From Octopus sinensis (lineage: Eukaryota): DNA of 64,000 bases. Shown piece by piece: positions 11,918 through 22,798 of this stretch. The position numbers and the translations under genes are program-made. Each line of letters starts with the position of its first letter. Position 1 is the first letter of the stretch. The notes below the pieces were generated by a model. It was given only the letters and a program-made list of their open reading frames with translations. It had not been told where the DNA came from and made no database searches. The stretch is from assembly GCF_006345805.1 (NCBI RefSeq), contig NC_043001.1, positions 62,620,001 through 62,684,000 on the forward strand, given 5' to 3'.

Positions 11918-12146
11918 GGTGGCGAGCTGGCAGAATCGTTTGTACGCCGGGCGAAATGCGTAGAGTATTTCGTCTGCCGTTACGTTCTGAGTTCAAATTC
12001 CGCTGAGGTCGACTTTGCCTTTCATTCTTTCGGGGTCGATAAATTAAGTACCAGTTACGCACTGGGGTCGTTTTAATCGTCTTAATCCGTTTGTCTGTCC
12101 TTGTTTGTCCCATCTGTGTTTAGCCCCTTGTGGGTAGTAAAGAAAT
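11918..12146 (+). mobile_element. tRNA-derived SINE (second family)
   Basis: GGTGGCGAGCTGGCAGAATCG (A box) .. GAGTTCAAATTCC (B box) .. GGGTCGATAAATTAAGTACCAG .. GGGTAGTAAAGAAATA, flanked by (TA)n. Confidence 0.75.
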
Positions 12147-12428
12147 ACATATATATATATATATGGATTTCGTAGACAGAAACTGAAAGAAATCAATCGT
12201 ATATATATATGTATGTAGAAATCTAAGGGTATGTGTGTGTCTTTGTCTCTGTATTTCACCCTCATCACTGCTTCACAACTGCTGTTCATTTATTTACATC
12301 CCCATAACTTACTGGTTTCACAAAAAGAAACTAATAGAATAAGTATCAGGCTTATCAACATAAAAAAAACACTAGGCTGTGTCTCATATTTTTGTTTGCC
12401 CACTCAGTTGTATCTATCAATTTATCTT

Positions 12429-12461
<33 letters not shown>

Positions 12462-12734
12462 GTAGAAAAATTATATATAAATATTACAAAAGGGGACAAG
12501 AAGGCAAACCACACAAAGAGACGACACAAAAAAACAGACGGGTCATTCGAAGCCTCTAATCTTCAGTCGGGAACCGGATCATCTTAACAATTTCGGCTGA
12601 TTAATCCTGATATCGCTCCGATCCAGCCAGCCCCAAGGAAAAACTAGGCTACGAGCATTAGATTTCTTGGAAAAAAATCAAATGTATACGAAACAAGGAC
12701 AGAAAACCGGACGATGCACACGAATATAAATTCA

Positions 12735-13055
12735 GTGCAGCAGTTTTCGAATGTATAAGTAACACACAAACACATAAAGACATTGACTTTGATATAATAG
12801 ATATGAATATGCACATATACATACATGTATATATATATATATATATGTGAGTGTGCGTGTGTCTCATATATACATATATATATATGTGTGTGTGTGAGTG
12901 TGCGTGTGTGTCTTATATATATATATAAGACACACACGCACACTCACACATATATATATATACATGTATGTATATGTGCATATTCATATCTATTATATCA
13001 AAGTCAATGTCTTTATGTGTTTGTGTGTTACTTATACATTCGAAAACTGCTGCAC
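12735..13055. repeat. Fold-back inverted duplication, arms about 135 bp
   Basis: GTGCAGCAGTTTTCGAATG..GATATGAATATGCAC mirrored around TCTTATATATATATATAAGA (centre 12920/12921), with a ~50-bp extra duplicated block in the left arm. Confidence 0.9.
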
Positions 13056-14270
13056 CGATCATAATGAAATTTGGAACACAAAATCCAAGCCTACGGAGAA
13101 GGGTAATGCTGTGTGTTTCATACAATTTCATGGACAAAAATTACTGAATGGGTCCTTTTAATATTTGAAACTTAGATTCAATGCATAAGAGAGGGTATAA
13201 TGCAATATGTGGATAGAACCCTCATGAAAATTCATAAATTTTCAATGCTGATGAAGTTTCAACCATGGGTAATTGACACACATCAAGAAGTATTCTCAAA
13301 GTTTCCACTTCACATGAGGATTCTAAGACACCCTAATGGGGGCCTTAACTCCCAAATTTTAGTCATTTCTTTTATGATCCAAAACTAGGTCAAAAGTACT
13401 GAATGGATCTTTAGGAAATTTGGGAATTATATTCTATGCATAAGGGCCATTTCATATATTTTAGCTGTTGAATGAAATTTTAACCATAGATATTAGACAC
13501 AAATGAAGTAATATTTATAAAATTTCATCTTCTTACAAGTCAGAAAGACCCCTCCATGGGGACTTAACACCCACAATTTAGTCATTTTATCTAAGAAAAG
13601 ACAAATACAGTTGTACTCTTGGAAGCTGTAGGGTCATCCGAGCATAAAAGATGAGCATTATTTGTAATTCAATGGTACAACAGTGTAAGAGTTTGCTTTG
13701 ACATCTACTTAGATTGTGATTTCTGCAATGTGGTGCATAAATTGTCAAGTAAATGAGAGGTATCTTTGCCTCCACTGATTCAGTTGCAAAGTTTTAAGTA
13801 AAGTTATTTGGTTGCAGACATCCTTTCAGTCTTTTTATTATCACTGGGTCGCACATAGTCCCCAGATGGTAACATTGATTTCATGGCCTTCCCAGATGAG
13901 TGACTGGTTATTCAAAGATATTTATAGATTGTAAATTTATTCTGTCCATTTACGTATCAGTATAGTGGTCATTTGCAAACTCCAGAGGTGACACTTTCAT
14001 TTCTCCTTAGCCCTCATGTCACACAGTTGTTCATGTTTATTTCAGTTGGGTCATGCCCTTCAAATTGTTATAGATGCGTACTGCATCTTATGGCTGCGCC
14101 TGTCACCTGGATGGTGAGGAATCCTACATTGGGAGTGGTAACGACTAGGGTACTGTAGCTGACTGCTTATTGTGATCATTCGTCTTTTGGTTTCGTGTAG
14201 CTATTCTCTCAACAGAAAAGTCTAATTCTTCAATTGCATGTAACACGGGCAACATCGGGTATCTCTGCTA

Positions 14271-14271
<1 letters not shown>
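12989..14271 (+). mobile_element. Non-autonomous Helitron, both termini present
   Basis: 5' A|TCTATTATATCAAAG; 3' degenerate hairpin ACACGGGCAACATCGGGT about 8 nt before CTAG|T; A/T target and no TSD, as established for Helitrons. Confidence 0.7.
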
Positions 14272-14308
<37 letters not shown>

Positions 14309-14339
14309 TATATACACACACACACACACACACATACAC

Positions 14340-14372
<33 letters not shown>

Positions 14373-14503
14373 ATATATATATATATGTGTGTGTGTGTGG
14401 TGTGTGTATATAATGTATATATACATATATGTATATATATATATTTATATATATACATATATATATAATATATACATATATATATATAATATATACATAT
14501 AAG

Positions 14504-14567
<64 letters not shown>

Positions 14568-15903
14568 TGTTACGGAATCACCCGTCGTCGCCCGTCCCGA
14601 ACGGCTCACACAAGTTCCGCCACGGAACCCAAAGAGGCGGAGAGAGGAGATACAGATAGATACTGCCACAACCTCAACAGCACAGAGATACAGAGGCACA
14701 ACCCGAGATACAACCCAAAGAGGCAAGGCAACAACTGGCAACACTGGCTTATATTCAAACAACAGTTTATACGACAATCAATTGCTACACATCAAATACA
14801 TTTAAGGCAAACAACAAATCAATACATCATACGGTATACCACAGATCAAAGCATTTAACAACATGCATGTAACAATATAACAGTGTTCAGTAATGACACA
14901 ACAAGTCCAGATCAAATAATGTTCACGATACGTCACAGTCCAATCAGAACACTTCGATACATTATACAATGTTCGTATCACAACAATTCACGTTACAATT
15001 CAACAAGTCCTTTACTCAATTCACAATGTTCTTTATCGACTACATCGACAGAGTCCTTCTTTTTCTCTCTTCTTTCTCTTCTTTTCTTTTACATCGTGAC
15101 ACGTATCAATACACAATCACATACCTTAATTCCTAACTGAATCGCCAGTGTCCCATTCTGCACTCATCTCTTAATACTGCTAAATCCCCTGAATACTCTG
15201 CTAATTCCCCTCTGTGCATATTCCAATCGCTTGCTCCTAGGTCTCCTCGCATCCCAGCTCGCTCCCAGGAATTCCAACGCTTGCTCCTTAAATCCAAGGT
15301 TCCATCCACTCGCTCTGACCTCCAGAGTCCGTCTGTCTTCTTCGAGGACCGGCCAGCGACTGCAAGATCCGTCTGTGTTCTTCGACGACCGCTCAACGAC
15401 TGCCAAGACCTCACTTCGTCTCTGTCCTTCTTCCACTCCCCTCATCTCCCTCTGTCTATATCGCTCTTACCCTTTCTAACTGCTCTCTGATTCCTTATAC
15501 CCTATCTATATCGCCTGCTGTCTCTTAGCCTTTCTATCTGTCCCTTACTGCTTATCCTTTCTATTTGCCCTCTGCTCTTACTCTATCGCTATCGCCTGCC
15601 AGACTCTTAGCCTCTCCATCCGTCCCTTACTCTTATACTCCATCTCTCTCATGACAGCTCTACCATAATCTCTGCCTGTCCTTCTCTCTTACTGTCAATA
15701 CCCTCTCCATCTGCTCTTAGATTCCCTTAATCTGTCTTCCTCTTCTTTCACTTCTCACTGACCCTCTTATCAACCACACAAGGTCACAGGTCATTCCAAA
15801 ACCCATTAGTCCTCCATTAGACAAAAGACTGTCACATTTCGCCCAGACATGCCGGAACCATAATTCCAATGTGGGTCACCAAGACTGCACTAGCTAAACT
15901 CAT

Positions 15904-15907
<4 letters not shown>
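14568..15907. mobile_element. Solo-LTR-like element (TGTTACG..CATAACA) inserted in (TA)n
   Basis: TG..CA termini with a 6/7 inverted match, non-coding, internal ~55-bp tandem duplication at about 15310-15410. Confidence 0.6.
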
Positions 15908-15946
<39 letters not shown>

Positions 15947-16047
15947 GTATATATACTTATATGTATATATTTATATATATATATATGTATATATATAAAT
16001 ATACATATATACATATATGTATATATATATGTATAAATATACATATA

Positions 16048-16365
16048 TCATCATCATCATCATCCTCGTTTAACATCCGTTTTCAGTGCTAGCACGGGTT
16101 GGACGGTTTGACCGGGCTCTGGAAAGCCAGGAGGCTGCACCAGGCTCCAGTGTGATCTGGCAGTGTTTCTACAGCTGGATGCCCTTCCTAACGCCAACCA
16201 CTCCGTGAGCATAGTGGGTGCTTTTTACATGCCACCGGCACAGGTGCCAGACGAGGCTGGCAGCACCCATAATCGGCTGCTGCTTATTACGTGCCACTGG
16301 CACAGAAGCCAGTCAAAGCGGCACTGGCATCAGCCACGTTCGGATGATGCTTTTTATGTGCCATA
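16048..16365 (-). mobile_element. RTE 3'-tail fragment
   Basis: (ATC)n followed by the reverse complement of the conserved RTE tail (CAGCTGGATGCCCTTCCTAACGCCAACCACTCC). Confidence 0.85.
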
Positions 16366-17370
16366 TACAAATAATTGAGATTCAGTTGAATTAGTTACTT
16401 AAGTTGAAGCACCAAGTCAGTTCAGTGTTATTCTCACAGCTCGAAGTAAGGTGAATAAAATGAAAATAAGCAACAGGATGTCAAGTAGTGACACCGTATG
16501 ACCATTTCAAGCAGCTCCATGTAATTGAACAATGCAATCATTATATCAATTTAAATGCATTGCCATCATCAACTGCACAGATAAATAAATAGAATTTTAA
16601 ACAACTGGACACATTAAAATAATTTTTCTCAAATACTTTAACAGAACAAGATGGAAGAAGTTCATGTTGTCACTACTGTAGCTAAGAATAGACTACACTT
16701 CCAAGAATGGCATGAAGCCCACTGGGGTCATAGCTTGTAAAGGATTGTGGTTCATTTCTAATTCATTTGTCTCTATATCTAAGACTTGAGAACTGTGTCT
16801 GTTTAGAATGAAGGGCAAGATTGAGTTGACTGCTTATGGCTCAGTGTGGTCATAAATATTACCATATGTATCCCTTTTCCTCAGGGAGGAAAGAAGACAT
16901 TAGGATATATAGTGACTTGGATATAGAGCTACTGTCTATAAAAGGAGGCTGGGTAGGGGAAGACTCTAAATCCTGATGTTAATTACCAGTTAAAGGGGCA
17001 AGATGCTAATAAAACTTAGGATGTTAATACAGACGAAATTTTACCTTGGGGTACTAGGGGTGATTGTTTATAAACAATATTGTTATGTTGTATTAAAATA
17101 AAATTTAAGATTTTCAAAAATGATATCATAACCAAAATAGGTAAAATGTGTGCATACATTAAAAAGGAAAGATTACATAGAACAATTTTAATGTTGTACT
17201 TAACTAATTACTTATTAGGTAGTTTCTATAAAGACTGCTCAGGACATTTACCTATGGAATACTTGAAAGATAAATATATTATCTATATATTAATTATAAG
17301 CCAAGAATGAGAAAAAAATAAAGATGTGTACAGATACACAAACATATTAACATATGTGTACACATGCACA

Positions 17371-17640
17371 CATACACAAATATTTATACGTTTCTATGGA
17401 TATAGTAAAACCATCTTGCATAGACTTAAGTAACTGAAAAGTATCTATTTATGAACAAGAAAAATAATTTATAAGGGGTAAGAGGTTAATAGGTTATGCA
17501 CATGCATGCATACATACACATACACAAATATTTATATGTTTATATGGATATAGTATAACCATCTCACATAGACTTAAGTAGCTGAAAAATATCTAAGAAC
17601 AGTAACAACTTACAAGGGATAAGAGGTTAATAGGTAAGGA
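17371..17640. repeat. Tandem duplication, ~148-bp unit x2
   Basis: CATACACAAATATTTAT..GGATATAGTA..CATAGACTTAAGTA..AAGAGGTTAATAGGT begins at 17371 and 17519. Confidence 0.75.
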
Positions 17641-18260
17641 TATCAAAATAAGAAAACAAAATAATAAGAATTTATAGAAAATAATAAGGAACACATATAA
17701 CCTACATTGAAAGAGACAGGGTATTAAAATTTGAGGTAGGGAAGAGATAAAGGTAACCCGAAAAGAGGAGGCAGTAGGTATGGACATAGTGAGGGCAGTT
17801 AGCGGTATTCAGACCGAAGAGATTTTATAAGTAGTAATGTTACAGGTGCTATTATATATATGATTTTATAGTTTCTAGAGGGTATATAATTAGTCAGATG
17901 GCTTACATGAAGTCATTACAAATACACATAATATGATCAGTAGAGTAGAACATCATAGAAAGGGGGAAAAGAAAACAAAAGGTATTCACCAAAAATATGA
18001 TGAAGTCAGACTAACTTGGGTAGAGCTATCAGGGAATAGTAATTTCATATAGCACACCACATATCATAACATATAGCTTATAACATGCAATGCAATTTAA
18101 TTCAACATATAACACAATATCCCATGATTTTATATGTAATACTAGTGGGTAAGTTTACAACGGACATGACACCAAAATTAACTTCCACCATCAAAGTTCA
18201 AGCAGCTTGAAATGGTTGTACTGCATCACTACTTCATATCCTCTTGCTTAGTTTGATATT

Positions 18261-18941
18261 ATCATCATCATCATCATCATCATCGTTTAACGTCCGCTTT
18301 TCATGCTAGCATGGATTGGACGGTTCAATTGGAGTCTGGGGAGCCCGAAGGCTGCACCAGGCCAGTCAGATCTGGCAGTGTTTCTACAGCTGGATGCCCT
18401 TCCTAACACCAACCACTCCGAGAGTGTAGTGGGTGATTTTATGTGCCCCCGACACAGGTGCCAGACGAGGCTGGCGAACGGCTACGCTCGGATGGTGTTT
18501 TTTATGTGCCACCGACACAGGTGCCAGACAAGGCTGGCGGACGGACACGCTCGGATGGTGTTTTTTATGTGCCACCGACACAGGTGCCAGACAAGGCTGG
18601 CGAACGGCCACGATCGGATGGTGTTTGTTACGTGCCCACAGCACGGAGGCCAGTCAATGCGGTACTCGCTACGGCCACGTTCGGATGGTTTTCTTATGTG
18701 CCACCGGCACTGGCACCACAAAGATACAAATTCCATTGATGTTCATCTATTTTGATTTGGTTTGATTTTCACTTGCCTCAACAGGTCTTCACAAGTGTCC
18801 CAAGAAGGAAGGTATGCACAGGTGGACTGACTACGTCCCAGGTAGGGGCCACGGGTTATGGCCTCACTAGTCTTGCCGGGTCTTCTCACGCACAGCATAC
18901 TTCCATAGGTCTCGGTCTCTAGTCATTTCCTTGGTGAGACC
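18261..18941 (-). mobile_element. 5'-truncated RTE copy (same subfamily as 7108-11746)
   Basis: Tail, three 61-bp monomers, one superunit and the last codons of RT (GGTCTCACCAAGGAAATGACTAGAGACCGAGACC). Confidence 0.9.
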
Positions 18942-18974
18942 TATATATATATACATACATATATATATATGTAT

Positions 18975-19366
18975 TGAGAGTTACGCAAATGCCAGAACTG
19001 GGCACCACTGCGTGGTGCCTAGGACTCCAAGTTTGTCATCAAGATGTAGGACAAGATTCTGTGATAGCCTGGGCTTCTGTGGCCCACAGCTCTTCAATAT
19101 CCTCCCGAAGAACCTGAGAGACCTGCATGGGGTGGATGCGGATGTCTTTAAAATGAAACTGGATCTCTTCCTGTCAGGTGTCCCAGATGAACCAACTTCA
19201 CGGCAGGAGGTGCAGATGAGGGCAGCTGCATCGAACTCTCTCATGCACCAAATGGCATTTGCTAAAAAGCTTTCGTGAAGTAAAACCAAGTAGCAACACC
19301 AAATGGCGGTGCCCCAGCATGGCCACAGCTCATAAGCTGAAACTAGAATCAATCAATCAATCAATC
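18975..19366 (+). mobile_element. CR1-clade LINE 3' fragment with (AATC)n tail
   Basis: CVVPRTP..SLGFCGPQLFNILP..KLDLFLSGVPDEP..RAAASNSL is homologous to the end of ORF 22651..25755. Confidence 0.85.
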
Positions 19367-19480
19367 ATATATCTGTGGATATATTTTGGATGTTTTGGAA
19401 TATGCACATAAAAATCAGTAGTATGGAATACATGTAGCATGATTACAATTTTTTTAGGGTGTGTACAAAGGCATATATAT

Positions 19481-20524
19481 TGTTACGCTGCCACTTGGAC
19501 CCTAGGCCTTCCGATTCCACCACGAGCCCTAAGTCGCGACGACAATGCTCAGCAGACCGGAAATCCACCACGGGAAGGGGGGAAGGTGGCGAACGCAGCC
19601 AGGAACCAACACAACGACAACAAAAGAGAGAGACACAGTGGAAGTTGCGTAATTTAGCAATTTTTTTCAAAACAAAATCAAAGCATTCCAAAACAAAGGT
19701 TGACAAATCATGTACAGAGTTCGAAGAACAATCAATTGCATTTAAACATAATACAGGGTTCGAAAAACAAATCATATAACATTTGTTCGATTTTCTTTTC
19801 CAAGACACATCATTTTACATTTAACACAAAGTTCACAATCAAAAAGGTTCCTTCTCCTCAAGTTCTTTTTTTTTCTTCCTTTTCTTTTCTCTTAAAAACA
19901 GCCAACAACACGCTTCTTTTTTTTTTTTTACACGACAGTTCTCAAAGTTCCTTCTGCTTTTTTTTTTAAAACAACACATTGACTCTATTTGAACATCGAA
20001 ATCCGAAACACAAATAAAAAACATTACCACATGTTCCACGCCTGCAACACTCCCTGAACATCACAACCCCCACTATAGTAGTCTGGCTTCTTTATGTCTC
20101 TCTCTGCCCCTTCACTGTCATCTTCCTTACTACCTCTCATCCTGTCTCTTGCTCACTCACTGTCTGTCTCTCTCTAGACCCTGGCTGTCATCTTTGTGGT
20201 TGCCTCTCGCCGACTCCACCATCTCTAACTCACTCCCTTGTCCACTCTGCTCACACTGACCCTCTCACGGTTTCTTGCTGACTGCCCAACTAACTTAATG
20301 CTAGCCGTATTTATAACGTTGTCCTAGCATTTTTATTTTTTTAAACTTTCTGTGACCATGTGGGGGCCATAGATCAATGCCTGGGACCATTAATAATCGT
20401 GGTCTTTGACAGGACAAAGGAAATACCATTGTCCTGAACAACTGGAGCGCCAGTTCGACTCCAACTAATGGAACAAGGGGCATAGTGTTTTTTTGTTTGT
20501 TTACTTTTCCTTGCCTCCGTAACA
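19481..20524. mobile_element. Solo-LTR-like element (TGTTACG..CGTAACA), ATAT(AT) flanks
   Basis: Perfect 7-bp terminal inverted repeat; identical flanks 19475-19480 and 20525-20530; shares ACAATCAATTGC with the 14568 element. Confidence 0.65.
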
Positions 20525-20560
20525 ATATATATGTATATATACATATATATATATGCATAT

Positions 20561-20620
<60 letters not shown>

Positions 20621-20667
20621 GTGTGTATATATACATATATATATATATATTGTGTGTGTATATATAT

Positions 20668-22043
20668 ATCATCATTGTTTAACGTCCGTTTTCCATGCTG
20701 GCATGGGTTGGACAGTTTTACTGGGGTCTGGGAAGCCAGGAGGATGTACCAGGCTCCAGTCTGATCTGGTAGTATTTCTACAGCTGGATACCCTTGCTAA
20801 CACCAGCCACTCCGAGAGTGTAGTGGCTGCTTTTTACATGCCATGAGCACAGGGGCTAGAGGAAGCTAGCAATGGCCACAATCAGTTAGTTCTTTTTACA
20901 TGCCAGTGGCACATAAAAGAGTCAAGGTGGTGATGGCATCAGCCACGTTCGGATGGTTCTTTTTACATGCCACCAGCATGGGGATCACAACTACAATTTC
21001 CATTTGATTTTGGTTTTAATGCACTTGACTCAATAGGTCTCCTCAAGAACGGCATGTTGTCCTATCATCCAAAGTACTTTTGAGTGGGCTGGTTATGTGA
21101 CACTGGTGTAGGTTATAGCTGTGAACTCACTTATCAACACAAATGTCTCTCTTGCAAGCCACATCTGATGCTTCTTACGTCCAACATTTCTCTCCGGGCG
21201 CTTACACTCTGTCATGTGTGTACACTGACATTCCACATCCAGCAGATCATGCCAGCTTCATTTCTTTTGAGCCTGCACATGTCTTCAACAGTCATGGCCC
21301 ATGTTTCACTGCCACGAAGCATGGCAGTTAACACACATGCATCGTACAATCTACCTTTCACTCTGAGCGAGAGGCCCTTTGTCACCAGTAGGGGTAAGAG
21401 CTTTCTGAACTTTGCGCAAGCTATTATTATTCTTGTGGTAACACTCTCTGAGCATCCGCCCCCATTACAGACTTGGTAACCTAGGTAGAGTAAGCTATCA
21501 ACTACTAGTTTCTTCCCCTGGAGTGTGATGGAATCCATTTTTCTGAGCATCTGTGGTGTTTATTGCCCTGTGCATCTGCCGCTCGTGAAAGTTATCTTCC
21601 TTTGATGTTGCTGCACCTCTTAAATGTCCATAGCTTACACTGGGTACGTCTTATGGAGTTTCTACCTACACCTTTTCTACAGATCAAGCATGGCCACCTA
21701 CCTGAAAGGGTGTGTGATGTGTTCGCCTTCCTACTTTCTAGAATTTTGGTCTTTGCAACATTGACTCTAAGTCCCTTGGATTCTAAAGATTGCTTCTATA
21801 CCTGAAATTTCTTCCCTAGTTCTGGTAGTGATTCTGCTATGAGGGCCAGGTCATCAGGATAGAGGAGCTCTCAGGGGCAACCATTCTTGACTTCCTCTGT
21901 TATTTCCTGGAAGACTATGATGAATAAAAAGGGGCTGAGGACTGATTGTTGGTGGACCCCTACTTCTACCCGGAATTCTTCACCCTACTCATTGCCAACC
22001 CTAACCTCACTAACAGCATCTCTGTATAGGGCCTGTAAAGCAC
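20668..22043 (-). mobile_element. Degenerate 5'-truncated RTE LINE
   Basis: ORF 21212..21550(-) KGLSLRVKGRLYDACV; RT and PHD remnants to about 22040; RTE tail with (ATC)n at 20668. Confidence 0.9.
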
Positions 22044-22069
22044 TTATATATATATATATATATATATAT

Positions 22070-22137
22070 ATACTTTATTTAAAGCAGCAGAAAATTCAAC
22101 AAAACCTGTTACTCTGAGTTTCCCATTGCCGTTCATA
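22070..22137 (-). repeat. Truncated copy of the PLE hammerhead/3' end
   Basis: Reverse complement TGAACGGCAATGGGAAACTCAGAGTAACAGGTTTTGTTGAATTTTCTGCTGCTTTAAATAAAG matches 4785-4847 but lacks stem I 5' strand and CUGA. Confidence 0.8.
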
Positions 22138-22157
22138 TATACAGTTTACTCCGGTAT

Positions 22158-22223
<66 letters not shown>

Positions 22224-22366
22224 GTATATAAATATATATATGCGATGGCCGCAAGAAAGGAAAGGCACCCTGGAATTGATGGGAAGCAGGAGGTAAAGGG
22301 TGACAGAATCAAGGCTAAAGGAAGCCCTGTCCAGAGAAAGCAGAGGGACCCCAGCAAAAACTGTAA

Positions 22367-22798
22367 GGGCAGGGAAAGAACACCTGCAAATTCTACCTGA
22401 GGGGGGACTGCTGGTACGGCGTTGAAGGTGCAAACTGTCGCTTTGCACATCGGAGGCCCTACCAAAACCGCACGGACGCGAGACAGAGGTCCCTCCCTCA
22501 GGGAGAACAAAAACAAAAAGTTAAAAGAAGGGAAAAAAGCGCACTGACCACTACTGAAAGACGGTATGCAGATGTGGTGCGCGGAAACCCAACAGGTGGC
22601 CAGCTTCACCCAGATGTGAGAAGGGCGGCAGCTGAACAGCAGTCTTTTTTGTGCATGGCACAAAAAATTGTTCAGCAGCTGACCTGGCTACAAGCACAAA
22701 GCTGGAACTACCACCACATAAGGCCACCTCCAACAGATGCAGGATGGCCACCACAGACACCAACACCAACACACACACCACAAAAATATTTCTACTGA
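22367..22798 (+). pseudogene. ORF1 C-terminal remnant with a CCCH-type zinc finger
   Basis: Open frame after TAA 22364 reads CKFYLRGDCWYGVEGANCRFAH (22385-22450); same frame as ORF 22574..22798; overlaps ORF2 start. Confidence 0.55.

Noticed and set aside
12540-12600. Minus-strand CTGAAGA..GAAT hammerhead-like motif
   Set aside because: GAAT instead of GAAA and no convincing stems
16400-18250. Possible old Penelope-like fragment (GLNT-like motif near 17800, minus strand)
   Set aside because: Too degraded to support beyond a few residues
22645-22651. T TTT TTG as an ORF1/ORF2 frameshift site in the CR1
   Set aside because: Weak heptamer, no clear downstream structure, ORF2 has its own ATG, and LINEs are not known to need frameshifting
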